This document shows, piece after piece, positions 48,680 through 61,465 of a DNA stretch of 64,000 nt. The stretch spans positions 86,492,001 to 86,556,000 of the forward strand of contig OZ076409.1 of the NCBI GenBank assembly GCA_964187785.1, read 5' to 3'. The first letter of the stretch is position 1; every line of letters begins with the position of its first letter. The position numbers and the translations under genes were made by a program. Origin of the DNA: Amphiscolops sp. MND2022 (lineage: Eukaryota). The notes under the pieces are model-generated. The model saw only the letters and a program-made list of their open reading frames with translations, was not told the origin of the DNA and searched no databases.

Positions 48680-51600
48680 GAACCTGATCGGAGTGGCAAT
48701 TCTAACCCACATCAAAATTGTCAATGTGGTGGTTCCTCGTCGAAGCGCCACAATGACACAAACGGGTCCGTATAAGAGCTTACTTCAGTTCGTTTGCGAG
48801 TCTGCAACGTGTTACGTTTTGAAATTGGGAAGCGCTCAAGATGCAGTTTTTCGCAATGCTTTTTTCATCTCCACGCTCCCCGTTTCTCCTTAAAACAGTC
48901 TTGTCAATTTGGCTAGATACTTAAGCCGGCTTCGCTGTATTTTCCAGTGGAGTGGCAATTCTAGCCCACATCAAAATCGTCAATGTGGTGATTCCTCGTC
49001 GAAGCGCCTCCTTGACACAAATGACTTTTGTGTTTGTTACGTTTTTAGAGTCTATTGTTTATGTTTTTCGAAAATTGGAATTGCTCAAGTTGCAGTTGTT
49101 TTTCGAAGCCCTTCTTTTCTGATCTGTTTTCCGTGTTTCCTGACTTTAGTCTTTGTTTGGCTAGGTAATTAAGCCGGCTTCGCTGTATTTTCCAGCGGAG
49201 TGGCAATTCTAGCCCACATCAAAATTGTCAATGTGGTGATTCCTCGTCGTGATACGAAAAAGAAACATGAAATGATAAATAGTTGTCAACAATAACTTCA
49301 AAGAACTTGTCAGTCAAAGAAACTGAAAGAACTTGAACCTTGCTTGAACCTTTTTGCACCAATTGAATCGTCTATGACGTAAGAAGTCAAATCGTCTTAG
49401 GTTGTTCTCACTCCTTAAGTATGGTACTATACAAAACGAAACTCATGCAACTCTAGTACAACACAAATGAAACAAACCCATGCATATAACAAAAACTTCT
49501 AGAACTCCTCAAACCCAAAGTGCATATATGTAATTTTCTTTTAAATTCCCGGTTGATTGTGATGCCATGATGCATGTCCTCAAAGATTCTATAAATCTGA
49601 AATACTCTGAACTCTTAACCAAAGCAATTTGTAAATGTAATCTAATTTAGAAGCTAAGAAACTTCATTTAATAGATCCTGTATCAAGCTCCCCTGATTCA
49701 TCCTGTTGCTGTCACATTGTTAATTGATGTAACCTACCCTAGTTAATAGAATATATCTACTCGGAGAAATTGAGAATTCATCTAAGCAATCAGTCTTCCT
49801 CCCATACTTCAAGAACTGAGATCTCAGTTCTTGAAGTATGGGAGGAAGACTGATTGCTAGGATGAATTCTCAATTTCTCCGAGTAGATATTTTCTATTAA
49901 CTAGGGTAGGTTACATCAATTAACAATGTGACAGCAACAGGATGAATCAGGGGAGTTTGATACAGGATCTATTAAATGAAGTTTCTTAGCTTCTAAATTA
50001 GATTACATTTACTAATTGCTTTGGTTAAGAGTTCAGAGTATTTCAGATTTATAGAATCTTTGAGGACATGCATCATGGCATCACAGTCGATGGCCTCATT
50101 GACAGAAATGACTTTTGTGTTTGTTACGTTTTCAGAGTCTATTGTTTATGTTTTTCGAAAATTGGAATTGCTCAAGTTGCAGTTGTTTTTCGAAGCCCTT
50201 CTTTTCTGATCTCTGTTCTCCGTGTTTCCTGACTTTAGTCTTTATTTGGCTAGATAATTAAGCCGGCTTCGCTGTATTTTCCAGAGGAGTGGCAATTCTA
50301 GCCCACATCAAAATCGTCAATGTGGTGATTCCTCGTCGATGCGCCTTCTTGACAGAAATGACTTTTGTGTTACGTTTTTAGAGTCTATTGTTTATGTTTT
50401 TCGAAAATTGGAATTGCTCAAGTTGCAGTTGTTTTTCGAAGCCCTTCTTTTCTGATCTCTGTTCTCCGTGTTTCCTGACTTTAGTCTTTATTTGGCTAGA
50501 TACTTAAGCCGGCTTCGCTGTATTTTCCAGCGGAGTGGCAATTCTAGCCCACATCAAAATCGTCAATGTGGTGATTCCTCGTCGAAGCGCCTCCTTGACA
50601 CAAATGACTTTTGTGTTTGTTACGTTTTTAGAGTCTATTGTTTGTTTTTCGAAAATAGGAATTGCTCAAGTTGCAGTTGTTTTTCGAAGCCTTTCTTTTC
50701 TGATTTCTGTTCTCCGTGTTTCCTGAATTTTAGTTTTTCGAAAATTGGAATTGCTCAAGTTGCAGTTGTTTTTCGAAGCCTTTCTTTTCTGATTTCTGTT
50801 CTCCGTGTTTCCTGACTCTATTTGGCTAGATAATTGAGCCGGCTTCGCTGTATTTTTCAGCGGAGTGGCAATTCTAGCCCACATCAAAATCGTCAATGTG
50901 ATGATTCCTCGTCGAAGCGTCTCCTTGACACAAATGTCTTTTGTGTTTGTTACGTTTTTAGAGTCTATTGTTTGTTTTTCGAAAATAGGAATTGCTCAAG
51001 TTGCAGTTGTTTTTCGAAGCCCTTCTTTTCTGATCTCTGTTCTCCGTGTTTCCTGACTTTAGTCTTTATTTGGCTAGATAATTAAGCCGGCTTCGCTGTA
51101 TTTTCCAGCGGAGTGGCAATTCTAGCCCACATCAAAATCGTCAATGTTGTGGTTCCTCGTCGAAGCGCCTCCTTGACACAAATGACTTTTGTGTTTGTTA
51201 CGTTTTTAGAGTCTATTGTTTATGTTTCTCGAAAATTGGAATTGCTCAAGTTGCAGTTGTTTTTCGAAGCCCTTCTTTTCTGATCTCTATGCTCTCCGTG
51301 TTTCCTGACTTTAGTCTTTATTTGGCTAGATAATTAAGCCGGCTTCGCTGTATTTTCCAGCGGAGTGGCAATTCTAGCCCTCATCAAAATCGTCAATTTG
51401 GTGGTTCCTCGGCGAAGCGCCTCCTTGACACAAATGACTTTTGTGTTGGCTGTGTTTCAGTTAGTTTTTTGGAGTCTCTATCGTTTTTGTTTTTCGAAAA
51501 TTGGAATTGCTCAAGGTGCAGTTGTTTTTTAAAGCCCTTGTTTCGTTCTTTCTATGCTCCCCGTTTTTCCTGATTTCTGCCTCGCTAATTTGGATAATTA

Positions 51601-52352
51601 CTTAAGCCGGCTTTGCTCGCTATATTTTTTCAGCAGGGGCACATTTCTGCTGGAGCGTCACCATCAAGCAAACGGAGTCTGTTTTTGATTCTGTTTTGCT
51701 TGTCTCCTTGTAACTCTCAATCACGAAAGTTCTTCAGCGAATGTGGCTATAAGAACTATTCTTTGCTCAAGTTGCAGTTGTTTTTCGAAGCCTTTCTTTT
51801 CTGATTTCTGTTCTCCGTGTTTCCTGAATTTTAGTTTTTCGAAAATTGGAATTGCTCAAGTTGCAGTTGTTTTTCGAAGCCTTTCTTTTCTGATTTCTGT
51901 TCTCCGTGTTTCCTGACTCTATTTGGCTAGATAATTGAGCCGGCTTCGCTGTATTTTCCAGCGGAGTGGCAATTCTAGCCCACATCAAAATCGTCAATGT
52001 GGTGATTCCTCGTCGAAGCGCCTCCTTGACACAAATGACTTTTGTGTTTGTTACGTTTTTAGAGTCTATTGTTTATGTTTTTCGAAAATTGGAATTGCTC
52101 AAGGTGCAGTTGTTTTTTAAAGCCCTTGTTTCGTTCTTTCTATGCTCCCCGTTTTTCCTGATTTCTGCCTCGCTAATTTGGATAATTACTTAAGCCGGCT
52201 TTGCTCGCTATATTTTTTCAGCAGGGGCACATTTCTGCTGGAGCGTCACCATCAAGCAAACGGAGTCTGTTTTTGATTCTGTTTTGCTTGTCTCCTTGTA
52301 ACTCTCAATCACGAAAGTTCTTCAGCGAATGTGGCTATAAGAAATATTCTTT
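48680..52352. repeat. Intronic tandem array of a ~248-bp unit with internal higher-order duplication
   Basis: ggctagataattaagccggcttcgctgtattttccagcggagtggcaattctagccc... recurs at 48911, 49159, 50248, 50494, 50824, 51072, 51324 and 51925; array end block 51490-51760 repeated at ~52075-52350. Confidence 0.92.
49250..50085. mobile_element. TG..CA insertion (LTR-like) with 4-bp TSD GTCG, containing a 528-bp palindrome
   Basis: Interrupts a satellite unit at cctcGTCG|tgatacg...catcaca|GTCGa; 49558-49821 is the reverse complement of 49822-50085. Confidence 0.8.
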
Positions 52353-52614
52353 GCCTAATTTGGTTACCTAATGACTACAAAGAACCGTGCTTTCAATTCG
52401 CACTTTTTTAAAACGAAGCAGACCAGAAAGGTGTCTAGTTTTTCCGCCGGCCTTGCTTTGTAGTGTCCACTTTCATTTTGTTGAGTTTAATGGCCATCTG
52501 AAACGCATCCAGTGAGGCGCTGGTTTGGGCCACTTGTTTTATTTTTGCTTCCTTTTTGTATCAACGGCGATAGTATTTTGTAACCTTAGAAATTCACCAT
52601 TAGTTTTGTTTCAG

Positions 52615-53283
52615 ACAGCCCAAGTCAAACTTCCTTGTCATCACAGTACACCCCTGGCGTGCATACGTGTCGTAGAATGAACCGAACACGGTCTTCCAAC
52701 AACTCCATCACTAGGGAACGAAAAGAAAGAAGTAATTTCAAGTACGGCAACCGGGCGAGTGTTGCAAATGACGGTTATGATGAAATCAACGATTCTACAG
52801 TTGCCGTCTCTGACCGGAATGACTCAGATTTTGATGATGATTTTGAAAACATTGAACTGGATGCTCTGAGAGATCGACACAGTGAGACAGACACTGGAGG
52901 GGCAGCCAGTGCGAATTCGGGTGCGTCTGCGCCTTTTTCCACAGAGGACCATGTCTTCACCGCTGCTTCTTCATCCACGAATGGGGTGACATCTAACAAT
53001 ACAAACATCAGTGCATCGACATGGGACCAAGAACAGGAGCAATACTCACAGCCTTTGCGATGGGATCCGTGTAATTTACTAAAAGACGCAGCTTCCACCA
53101 ACAAAATTTTCGCCAAAGTTTATAACCAAATCAATGGACAGACATCTCACTGTGAAGTACCAACATGCACCCAAGACCCTTATTTGAACTTGAATCTGGT
53201 GTCCAATTTCAACCCTGATTGTTCGCAATGTAAAGAAACAAGTGACAGCTCTGATCGAGTGGGCAAGAGGCAAGATCTTTCTG
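52615..53283 (+). CDS. Exon of unknown low-complexity protein
   Basis: tttcag| ... |gtatgt, open frame, phase 1 at both ends. Confidence 0.7.
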
Positions 53284-53571
53284 GTATGTATGTTTTTGAA
53301 GATCTTTTCTCTCGAAACTGCTGGTTTTGGGTGTGTTATGCTCGAAAACTCCAATTCAAATGGACATTGTTTCCAGAAGATTAATTTCCAATTTTCTTAA
53401 TTGACTTTGAGGTGATGGAAATCTTGTGTTGATTGCTTTATGAAATTCTTAAACATTGTGGAAGGAGGTGTGTTTATGTATGGCCTGGGTTTAAGGACAA
53501 ACAGAACTTGATGGGAAAAGAAACCCCACTGGAATGATAAGCATGGTGAAGGTTTATGCTAACTTTATCAG

Positions 53572-54255
53572 GTTTTTACCATGCAGCTGGGCTGCCCGCT
53601 TTAAGACGCCGAGACGGATTCAAGCTGCGCTCTGGTTCTCTGAATGTTCACTCTCTGCTTCTGAGCGAACACCAGAGACAGAGCCAGCAAACTCACAGCG
53701 GAAGTATGGACTTAAACCTGGGCAGTCCTCAGTCGGTGTCACGTGACAAAGTGGGCGCCACCAGCTGCAGCTTGGAAGGTGTCGACATCCTGTCACACAT
53801 GCTGGACACATTTTTCTCAGTAGAGGAGAAGGAACATTTGGCCGTGCAAGGTGCTGCTCAATACTCCTCACGAACTGTTGCTAGAATTGATTCTGAACGT
53901 TCTAATCGTCATCATCATCATCATTATCTTGAACATAGTGAAATAAGCAGCGGTTTGAACAGTACTTGTCATACTTCTGCCGCTGCCGCTACTTCCGTCG
54001 CTATTGTTACTGATAACTGTGGTGTTGATGATAGCTTCGGTAGTGGTAGCAGTAGTAATAGACACTACCAGCACCCCCGTCAGTATCATCACTCAATGTC
54101 CCCCTTGGCAGCTGCATCCAACGCAGCCAGTGGTGCAGCTAGCCACCGCCACCACCATCACATTTCTGAGCACCTGTCTCCACGTGAAATAACGTTGAAG
54201 TCATCTGATATGTCGGTATCCTCGGCCTTCCATCCATGTTCAAACTCACATCATA
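53572..54255 (+). CDS. Exon of unknown protein (His/Ser/Ala-rich)
   Basis: ctaac branch plus atcag| acceptor, |gtgcgt donor, phase 1-1, open frame. Confidence 0.7.
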
Positions 54256-54642
54256 GTGCGTGTACAATCGTCTTGTCGCTTTCGCAATTTAGTTTACACC
54301 TTTGCTGTCAGCGTTGTTTCTCCATCCCAGCACTTCCGTTCTTTTCCCCCTAAGTTCAATTGATTTCAGTTTCTCTCTTGTTTGTTGTTAATGCATGTTC
54401 GTTTGAGCTCTCAAGTTAAACGGTTAGATTTCGTCAAGTTTTGTTTTTACAGTTTTTATTTTAGTTAGTTTCTGCATGTTTCTTATTGCTTGTTTTCCAA
54501 TTGAAAAGGAATGCAATATTTAGACTGAGTTATGCCTATGGAAAATGGGATATCGGTTATCAAAATGCGAATTTCGTATTTCAACCTTGCAATTGGTACC
54601 GATGATAAGGTTCGCCGTGAAATGCATGATTTTATCGTTTTA

Positions 54643-55413
54643 TTAGTCGGCGCTTTATGAAATAAAACGAGACTGTTATGGTGACTTTCGTCGTGTTTTT
54701 CAATCACCCAGAAGCCCCCCCCCTTTCCAGTTTTTCGGCACCGTGAAATTTTTTTCCTCTATTTTTTTTATTATTCGAAAGGTTTTCGGTTGAGAATATG
54801 GGCTTTTTTGCCGTTTCCAGTTGGGGAAAAATGGTTTCTGAGTCTTATGCGTATCCCTTCGGGTATTTTTTGTCGCTGTAAAATTGATGAAATTTGAAGA
54901 ATATTGTCCTTTTACCCTTGGTTCTCAGTATGGTACTGCTTATTTGATTTTCTCTTCAAATGTACCGAGTAATATGTAGTTTTCACTATCAATTTTCATT
55001 CGGCGCTTTCTTCTAAAAGAAAAAGTAATGACCGTTTCATGACACCTCGAATTTACAAACTTTATGAATTCGTACAAAAGGTCCTCAAGTACCGGGTAAT
55101 TACACCGTCTGCCAGACAGTAGGCCATGCGTTGGAAACTTGATTTAGGCCTGAAATTTAAAACGTAAACAAAACTTCGGATATAACGTATTCGTTATGGG
55201 CAAATTTTCGTTGTTTACGAAACGAAATCTCCTTTTGGATTTTTGGCACTGTGTGACTCAATCGAGACAACGTATGAAATTGAAAAGAGCTTATTGATTC
55301 AACTTCATGATTTTCCTCTAGACTGCGATTTTTACATTTTTAAAAACTTACTTGAAGGACAGATCATTTCGAGCCTCCAGTGGGGTGTCGATTTGGGCCG
55401 TTCCGGGATTGTT
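54643..55413 (+). mobile_element. HINE-like family 2 (diverged or composite)
   Basis: ttagtcggcgc ... gtcgatttgggccgttccgggattgtt. Confidence 0.5.
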
Positions 55414-55473
55414 ATTGATTAGGTTTTACAGATGAGTGAGTTTCATCGCTTGATAAATCAAATGGAATGTCTG

Positions 55474-55862
55474 TTTTTAGTCGGCGCATTTCGTAGTCGG
55501 TGTTAATTAGGATTTTTTGAGGTCTGCCAAGCAGAAGGACGTGGGTTCGAGTCTCGCCCTTGATCAAATTTTTTTGTGCATGTTATTTCGGCTATGTGAT
55601 ACTTTTTTTCGCAAATTTTTTTAATGTCTCCAAAGAGTCCCCCTTCAATTTTTTCTATTTTGCAAAAGAATGGATGTTCAAAAAATCCCAAAGTTCCCCT
55701 TTTACATTTTTCGGCACTATGCGACTTACCGGAGACTCAAAAAAATTCGGAAAATTTCATCCTCATGCGGGTACTGTAGAAAAGAATACTTGACACTTTG
55801 AAGTCTTTTTGCTATTTTTGAGCCTTAGATATGGCGCCGACTTGGGCTGTTCCCGACTTGTT
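55474..55862 (+). mobile_element. HINE-like family 2 copy with tRNA-like B box
   Basis: tttttagtcggcgc ... gtctgccaagcagaaggacgtgGGTTCGAGTCtcgcc ... ggcgccgacttgggctgttcccgacttgtt. Confidence 0.7.
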
Positions 55863-56822
55863 GCATTTTGTTGCGTCTTAGATGACTAAATTCAGTCTTA
55901 AACCATCGTCTTAGCGACTCTATTGCACCATCAACATCTTTCAATAAAGTTTTTATGAAATTGTTTCATTTGATGGCAATACATGATCTATTTGTTCACG
56001 TGTAGAGTTGGCCCCAGCTTGTCAAGAGCATCAGTTTCAAATCATTTAATAGAATGTTTTGAAGTTTTTGAGCCTAGTCATGACTGTAATATGTTGTTTG
56101 AACACCGCCATTAAAGCAATAAATTTGAATTCGTTTTCAAATAGCTAGATAATCCTTGCAGTTGATTTTCCAAAAGCATTTCAGAAGGTTGGACTCTGCA
56201 AAGTAACTGCTGCAGAATATCGATTTTCCTCAAAAATGACTGAATAAGCCGAGCCTAAGTAAACTTTGGAAGTTTACTTGAATCAACCACATAATTGAAT
56301 AGCGCCATCAAAAATTTAACCAAAGTTAATCTACATATCAAATCGTGAAATATTTGAATAGATCATTGTAGTGAATAGGGGCTTCTGAGATTCTATGGTG
56401 CAATGTTGAAAGTTCCTTAGATCATGCAAAACCATTCAAGATCCTTCGGCTGGTTAAGAATTGGCGCAAAATTTGAGAGTTTGAATTGCATGCTTTTGAA
56501 TAGTTCATTTGAAAGCTTTGTTTAGCTGTAGATGTAGCATCCTTAGAAACAAGTTTTATTGAATTTCTTGGGATGCAACTTGAATTTTGCTGTTCAAATT
56601 GTAGTTGCTAGTTTTGTCTTGATTCCTGGATTTCTTTCGCATCTGTTGTTGAGATGCCGCCACGCTTGCTGTGAAAAATCAGGAGACTCCTCAAATGTCG
56701 TTTTCCACAGCCATCTGTCAATGTTGTCACCCTTCAGTTTTGTAGAAAGCATGACAATTTTAGTTCCTTCCTGTCTACTGTTCTCTCCTTCCGTCATATT
56801 CAAAAATTTCTCCACATTTTAG

Positions 56823-57227
56823 GCTACACCTCGGCAGGTTCTTCTGACGTGAACTCCAGCTACAAAAGGTCATCAAGTAAAGGTACTGCTAAGACTATTA
56901 ATACACCCGGAGGCGCAGCTGATCGCCTGTCCTCCGAAACGCCCCAGCACTCAGTAGCGTCTGGGGATGAAAGTTTGTACAGTAATTTGCACCATTCGTG
57001 GTCCTCGGCCCCCTCGCTCCCTGACTCGTGTATCAGCAGTTGTAGACACTGTTACGGACCCCTAGAGGAGTCGGGTATCTCCAACTGCTGCAGTCACTGC
57101 AGTAGTTATGTTAATTACTACAAGTCCAAAGAGTTCACCTTTTGGTTCGACGATGCACCCACGGCTGATGATTTCCAAAGTGTTGCTGAGTACAATGGAG
57201 GAAGCATTGCGAGAGTTTTCGATACTG
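56823..57227 (+). CDS. Exon of unknown protein (Cys cluster CRHC...CCSHC)
   Basis: ttttag| ... |gtatgc, phase 1-1, open frame. Confidence 0.7.
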
Positions 57228-57504
57228 GTATGCTAAGTCTGTCTGCCTTGTCTGTTTATCTCAGTTGATAACCCCGTTTACTCTTACACTATCTTCTATT
57301 ACATCATTTTAGGAGTTTGTTAGGAGTCGTATCACTTTTCATGAATATCACAGCGATTTTTGGGCTCATTTTTTTCAACTGTAGCCTTTTCAGGTACTTT
57401 TTTTTGTCATTCAAATTCAACAATCTTACCCTTTTTGATCAGCTTATGATTTACCATGCATAAAAGTGCACACTGTGACTTTTATGTTAATTTTGTTTTT
57501 CCAG

Positions 57505-58067
57505 CCTTCGATAGAGAAAACTTGTCAGAGAATTTAGAAGCGACAGAGGAACCAGACGACAAAAACAACCCTACTGATTTAATCACAACCGTGCAACGCA
57601 GACAGGGAACAGCGAGTGCTCACTTCAGAAAATTAGAATTAATCTGCGACCAAAATGGTCAGTTCAGAAAACGCGACTCAACGTCTTCCGGAACGAACAA
57701 ACACGCAAATTCTTCCAAAGACATCGAGGATGATTTAGCTGTGCCCCAAGAGTTCCTAACCGACGCTGACAAACAGAAAATAACAGAGTTGGGCGTGTCT
57801 GAGGAAACAGGGAATTATATAGCGCCCGTGGAAAGACCAACCGGGCTGGACTTGACAACGAAATCTTCAGGAGTGAAAAGTCCGGATCCACAAATAAAGC
57901 CACCCATTGATTCTTGCGTGACTGAGAGGCCGAGTCAACCGAAACAACGAATGCACGAGAAGTTTCTTTTGAGATCCAATAACAGATTCGGGGTGCGCAA
58001 AGCACTCTTCCGTCTCAGAGCCTCGAGGTTGTCGACAAGTGAGCCAAACTTGTCCAAGAAGTCATGA
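57505..58067 (+). CDS. Probable last exon of unknown protein
   Basis: ttttccag| acceptor, phase 1, ends ...RLSTSEPNLSKKS-TGA. Confidence 0.7.
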
Positions 58068-58082
58068 GAAAAGTTAGTTTTG

Positions 58083-58124
58083 TTTTTGCACATGACGAAG
58101 TCAATGTGCATTGCAGTCCAGCTA
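58083..58124 (+). mobile_element. HINE-like family 1, truncated 5' end
   Basis: tttttgcacatgacgaagtcaatgtgcattgcagtccagcta identical to the start of the other two copies. Confidence 0.75.
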
Positions 58125-59208
58125 CCATTTTTCATTCAAATAGAGAGATGTAGATGTTTATGGCAAGATCTCTTATTTGAATATGTAAATATTGTGAACT
58201 TAGATTAAAAACTTGGAAAGAAATGCTATTTTGATTTAGAGACATGGTTTCTCCAGGCCCCAAGAGTAACTACGAAAAATGTTGGCTTTTTTCCAGTTCA
58301 TTCAAACTTTTTCATTTGAAGGACTTGATATTTATCTATAAAAAGTATGCTAAAGAGCTCTTTCTTACCGTTTCGCTCAAAAGCCCAAATAACAGTTGAA
58401 CTATTTGCTTTTGGGCATTTTGGAGAACTTTTTCATTATAGGCACTTCTTTAAAAAAAGTTATACACATCCTATAAACGTAGACTTTTTGTTGATGAATT
58501 CCGTTGAAAATCTCGTTCGAATTTGAGTTTGGAACATGGAGCATGGCCAAATTTGGAAAGAAAACGCGACTGAGAGATCAATTTTCTTCTCTCTTAATTA
58601 CATTGAAGACATAAATTCAAGGATTTTTTCTGAAACTCTCAGTTGATGTATTGAAAGTGAAACGATCGCGAACTCAGTATGATTGAGTTTTCTTGTAACT
58701 ACAGAAGTCGTGCGTGGCGCAAAAAAAAGTTTAGTAGTCGCGACGAATAGTTTTTAGCATCTAAGATGTCCCGTTTTCTTGAATTACAATCCCAGATTTG
58801 TTTGTTGATTTTCTGGGATCCAAACTATATTCCTCAAGTGGCATGCTGTTTTGCCACTTTCAATTAGATCTGCAAGTTGGGGGCCTTCCTTTTGTTTACC
58901 TTGCGTTTTCTGGTTTTCTGTCGGCGTTTGGTTGCCTAAAATCGCCAGGCTATTACAGTCACTTCTTTTCTTTCTTCACGACAGATATGAATGCAACGAA
59001 GCGATTAAGGTTCGGATACGACGAACTGGACGGATATTTTCTAGCCTAAAAACTAAATGATACTAACGGAAGCTAAATGGTCCTCGCGTTAAAATTTCCT
59101 CATTTTTGCATCACCTGCGAAATGAAAAAGTGCAAAGTGTCCCCGTTTGGTTTTTCAGCACTACGCTACTTTTTTGAAATCTTAATTTTCCCCCAAAAGG
59201 TGTCCTTG

Positions 59209-59580
59209 TTTTTAGTCGGAGCTTTCGTAGTGGTTTTTTTGAGACCGACGAAATGACATATTTGATAAGCTGTTGGTATACCGGATATAACGCTCCTTGG
59301 AAAATTTTTCAAAGCTGTAAAAAGTGCTAAGGAGTCCCAAATTTCACATTATTTGCGTCCAATGTAAAGCTTTAGGGTCCTGTTTTCTAGAAGACTTTTT
59401 TGAATTTTCGAAAAATCTTGATTCAACAAGTGATACTAAAATGACGTCCCCGGGATACACTTTTGTGCCTTGAGCGTTTCTGACTGGTTTTGTCATTTTG
59501 AGGTGAGAAGTCCCATTGTACGTTTTCAGCATTCTGTGTGCCAATTTTTGGCGCTGACTTTGAGCTGTTCTCGGCTTGTT
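59209..59580 (+). mobile_element. HINE-like family 2 variant
   Basis: tttttagtcggagc ... ggcgctgactttgagctgttctcggcttgtt; internal similarity to 19715-20186. Confidence 0.55.
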
Positions 59581-59687
59581 ATATAGATCATGAAATAAAA
59601 ATATCAATTACGTTCAAATAAATGTGCACTAATAAATGTTTTGAAGTTGCGTTGTTTTCAGTCAAAATTATTTCGGGTGAAGTTAGT

Positions 59688-60494
59688 TTACTCTGATTTG
59701 GGGAATTTCGTCCGAATGTAGTCTTCATTCTCATCACTATTTTCGTTAGCTAGATTCTGTCGCCCTTGTGTGTTATCCTTCTTGCCTACTGAATACCTGT
59801 TGGCGTTTGATAGTCTGTTGATGGGTGTTGTATGTGAACTCAAATGTCTTGTCAAGTGATGTCTTTCTTTAAACATCTCCCCACATGCGTTGCATTTGAA
59901 GTTTTTACCACTGTGATTCGCCAAAGTCGAAGCGGTTGAAATTACGTCGTTGTTCTTATCTCTTTGAGGCATTTCTCTTGTAGCTTCCAACAATCTTTTA
60001 TTGCTGTTAGCCGAGGAGTTTCGATGAAAATTTCGCATATGTTGAACTAAATCGCTCGTCAGGCGGAATGACATGCTGCAGTGAGCACACCAGTTTACAG
60101 CCTCCAAACCCATTCCGTAGTTTGAGCCCAGCAACGAGCCCACAGAGGGTCCAAATTGTTTTGCGGGAGGAACGAATATTGCTGGCTCGCATTTTGTGGA
60201 GTGCTGACCAGTGCTGCTGTTGTTAAAGTCGTATTTAGGAGCCGGTATGGAGTTTTGTGACGTAGCAATTGCAGCACTGGTGGCGCCAGTTGAGTGTTGG
60301 AACAGCTCTAAGTTAGGGGTATAGTCAAGTCTGTTATTCATTAGCTGCAGTTGGCGAGCGAAATATTGTTGTTTCTGCTTCTCGCTACTGCTTATGGGTA
60401 CCGTTGCTGCGTTGACTTGTTGATACCCAACCGGGGGTTTTTGTTTTGTCTCTGAAAACAGTCCCTGGCCGTTGTTGTACTGTGGCTGTTGGAC
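59688..60494 (-). CDS. PRDM8/ZNF488-like C2H2 zinc-finger protein, last exon
   Basis: NWCAHCSMSFRLTSDLVQHMRNFH and FKCNACGEMFKERHHLTRHLSSH closely follow the two C-terminal fingers of PRDM8 (NWCAKC..SFRMTSDLVYHMRSHH; C..C.ESFRERHHLSRHMTSH); tttcag| acceptor, phase 0. Confidence 0.85.
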   Translation of the reverse strand, partial: VQQPQYNNGQGLFSETKQKPPVGYQQVNAATVPISSSEKQKQQYFARQLQLMNNRLDYTPNLELFQHSTGATSAAIATSQNSIPAPKYDFNNSSTGQHSTKCEPAIFVPPAKQFGPSVGSLLGSNYGMGLEAVNWCAHCSMSFRLTSDLVQHMRNFHRNSSANSNKRLLEATREMPQRDKNNDVISTASTLANHSGKNFKCNACGEMFKERHHLTRHLSSHTTPINRLSNANRYSVGKKDNTQGRQNLANENSDENEDYIRTKFPKSE

Positions 60495-60799
60495 CTGAAA
60501 TGTCCATTATTTGTTATTAGTACTGCCTCTGAGTTGGTGGCCTTCTCCACATGTACCTACTGCTACCACCACGTTTAGAGGTAGGCTCACTCAAAATCCT
60601 CTAATCATGCTCAATTATCCATAATGGAAGCAGATAATCCGAAAATGAACACGTTTTTCTGATTGCCAACTTTTCACATTCTTTCGCGCATATTCTCAGA
60701 TTTTGAGTTGAGACGGTTCTTCCAAGATCAGTCACAATGGCGGAATATTAAATACCTGTTGATAAGAAGTCTTCAAATAGAAGCTAAGTTATTACGTAC

Positions 60800-60981
60800 C
60801 TGAAAGTTTCGCATCATCGACAAATAGATGGGCAGTTTTGTGACTTCAAGTGATTGAAGTTGTATCGCTTGGGGTTGGATATTGTTTGGCAGTAGTAGCG
60901 AATGATCAATCCCTGTTTCATGCCGGGAATATATGTCTCCTCTGGATAGGTCTTTCATCAAATCCAGCACGTTTTTACCCT
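60800..60981 (-). CDS. PRDM8/ZNF488-like gene, internal exon
   Basis: tttttag| acceptor (phase 1), cag|gtacgt donor (phase 0), both compatible with neighbouring exons. Confidence 0.6.
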
Positions 60982-61465
60982 CTAAAAAATTGGCATGAAT
61001 TTGGAGCACATAATCTCGATACGTTTCCCATACTTAGTTGAAAGATCACTGTTTGGAGTTCGAAGTCAATACATTCATAACAGGGTTCCTACATCGCTAA
61101 TTTCGCAATCGCTAATCAGGTAGGACATTTTTTGTTGGTTTTCAACTACAGAATGGAAGCACTTTTTGAAGTGCAGATACTAGACTGACGGCCAAAAAGG
61201 TGCTGTTAGAACCAAAAATTTCGTATACCAATTTTTCAGCGGCCGCAGAACTTGCGCCTAAATCAAATGATCTCTAAATTTTGCGCAATCTCTGTATGCC
61301 GCAGTCTTCTTAAAATAATGTTTTTGGGGAGATGGTTTTGCATACTGTTGAAAAAGCGGTATTAAAATGGTTGCTGCTAACTCAATTCGCTACTGAAAAC
61401 TTACCGCTTCGCTAAACAGCGGTGTCATAACCCTGATGCATACAATACTCAACAATTGGACATAC

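Noticed and set aside
48680..52352. Tandem array as a CRISPR array or as repeated small genes
   Set aside because: Whole ~248-bp units repeat with no unique spacers, no cas genes, eukaryotic intron context; the short ORFs are by-products of the repeat.
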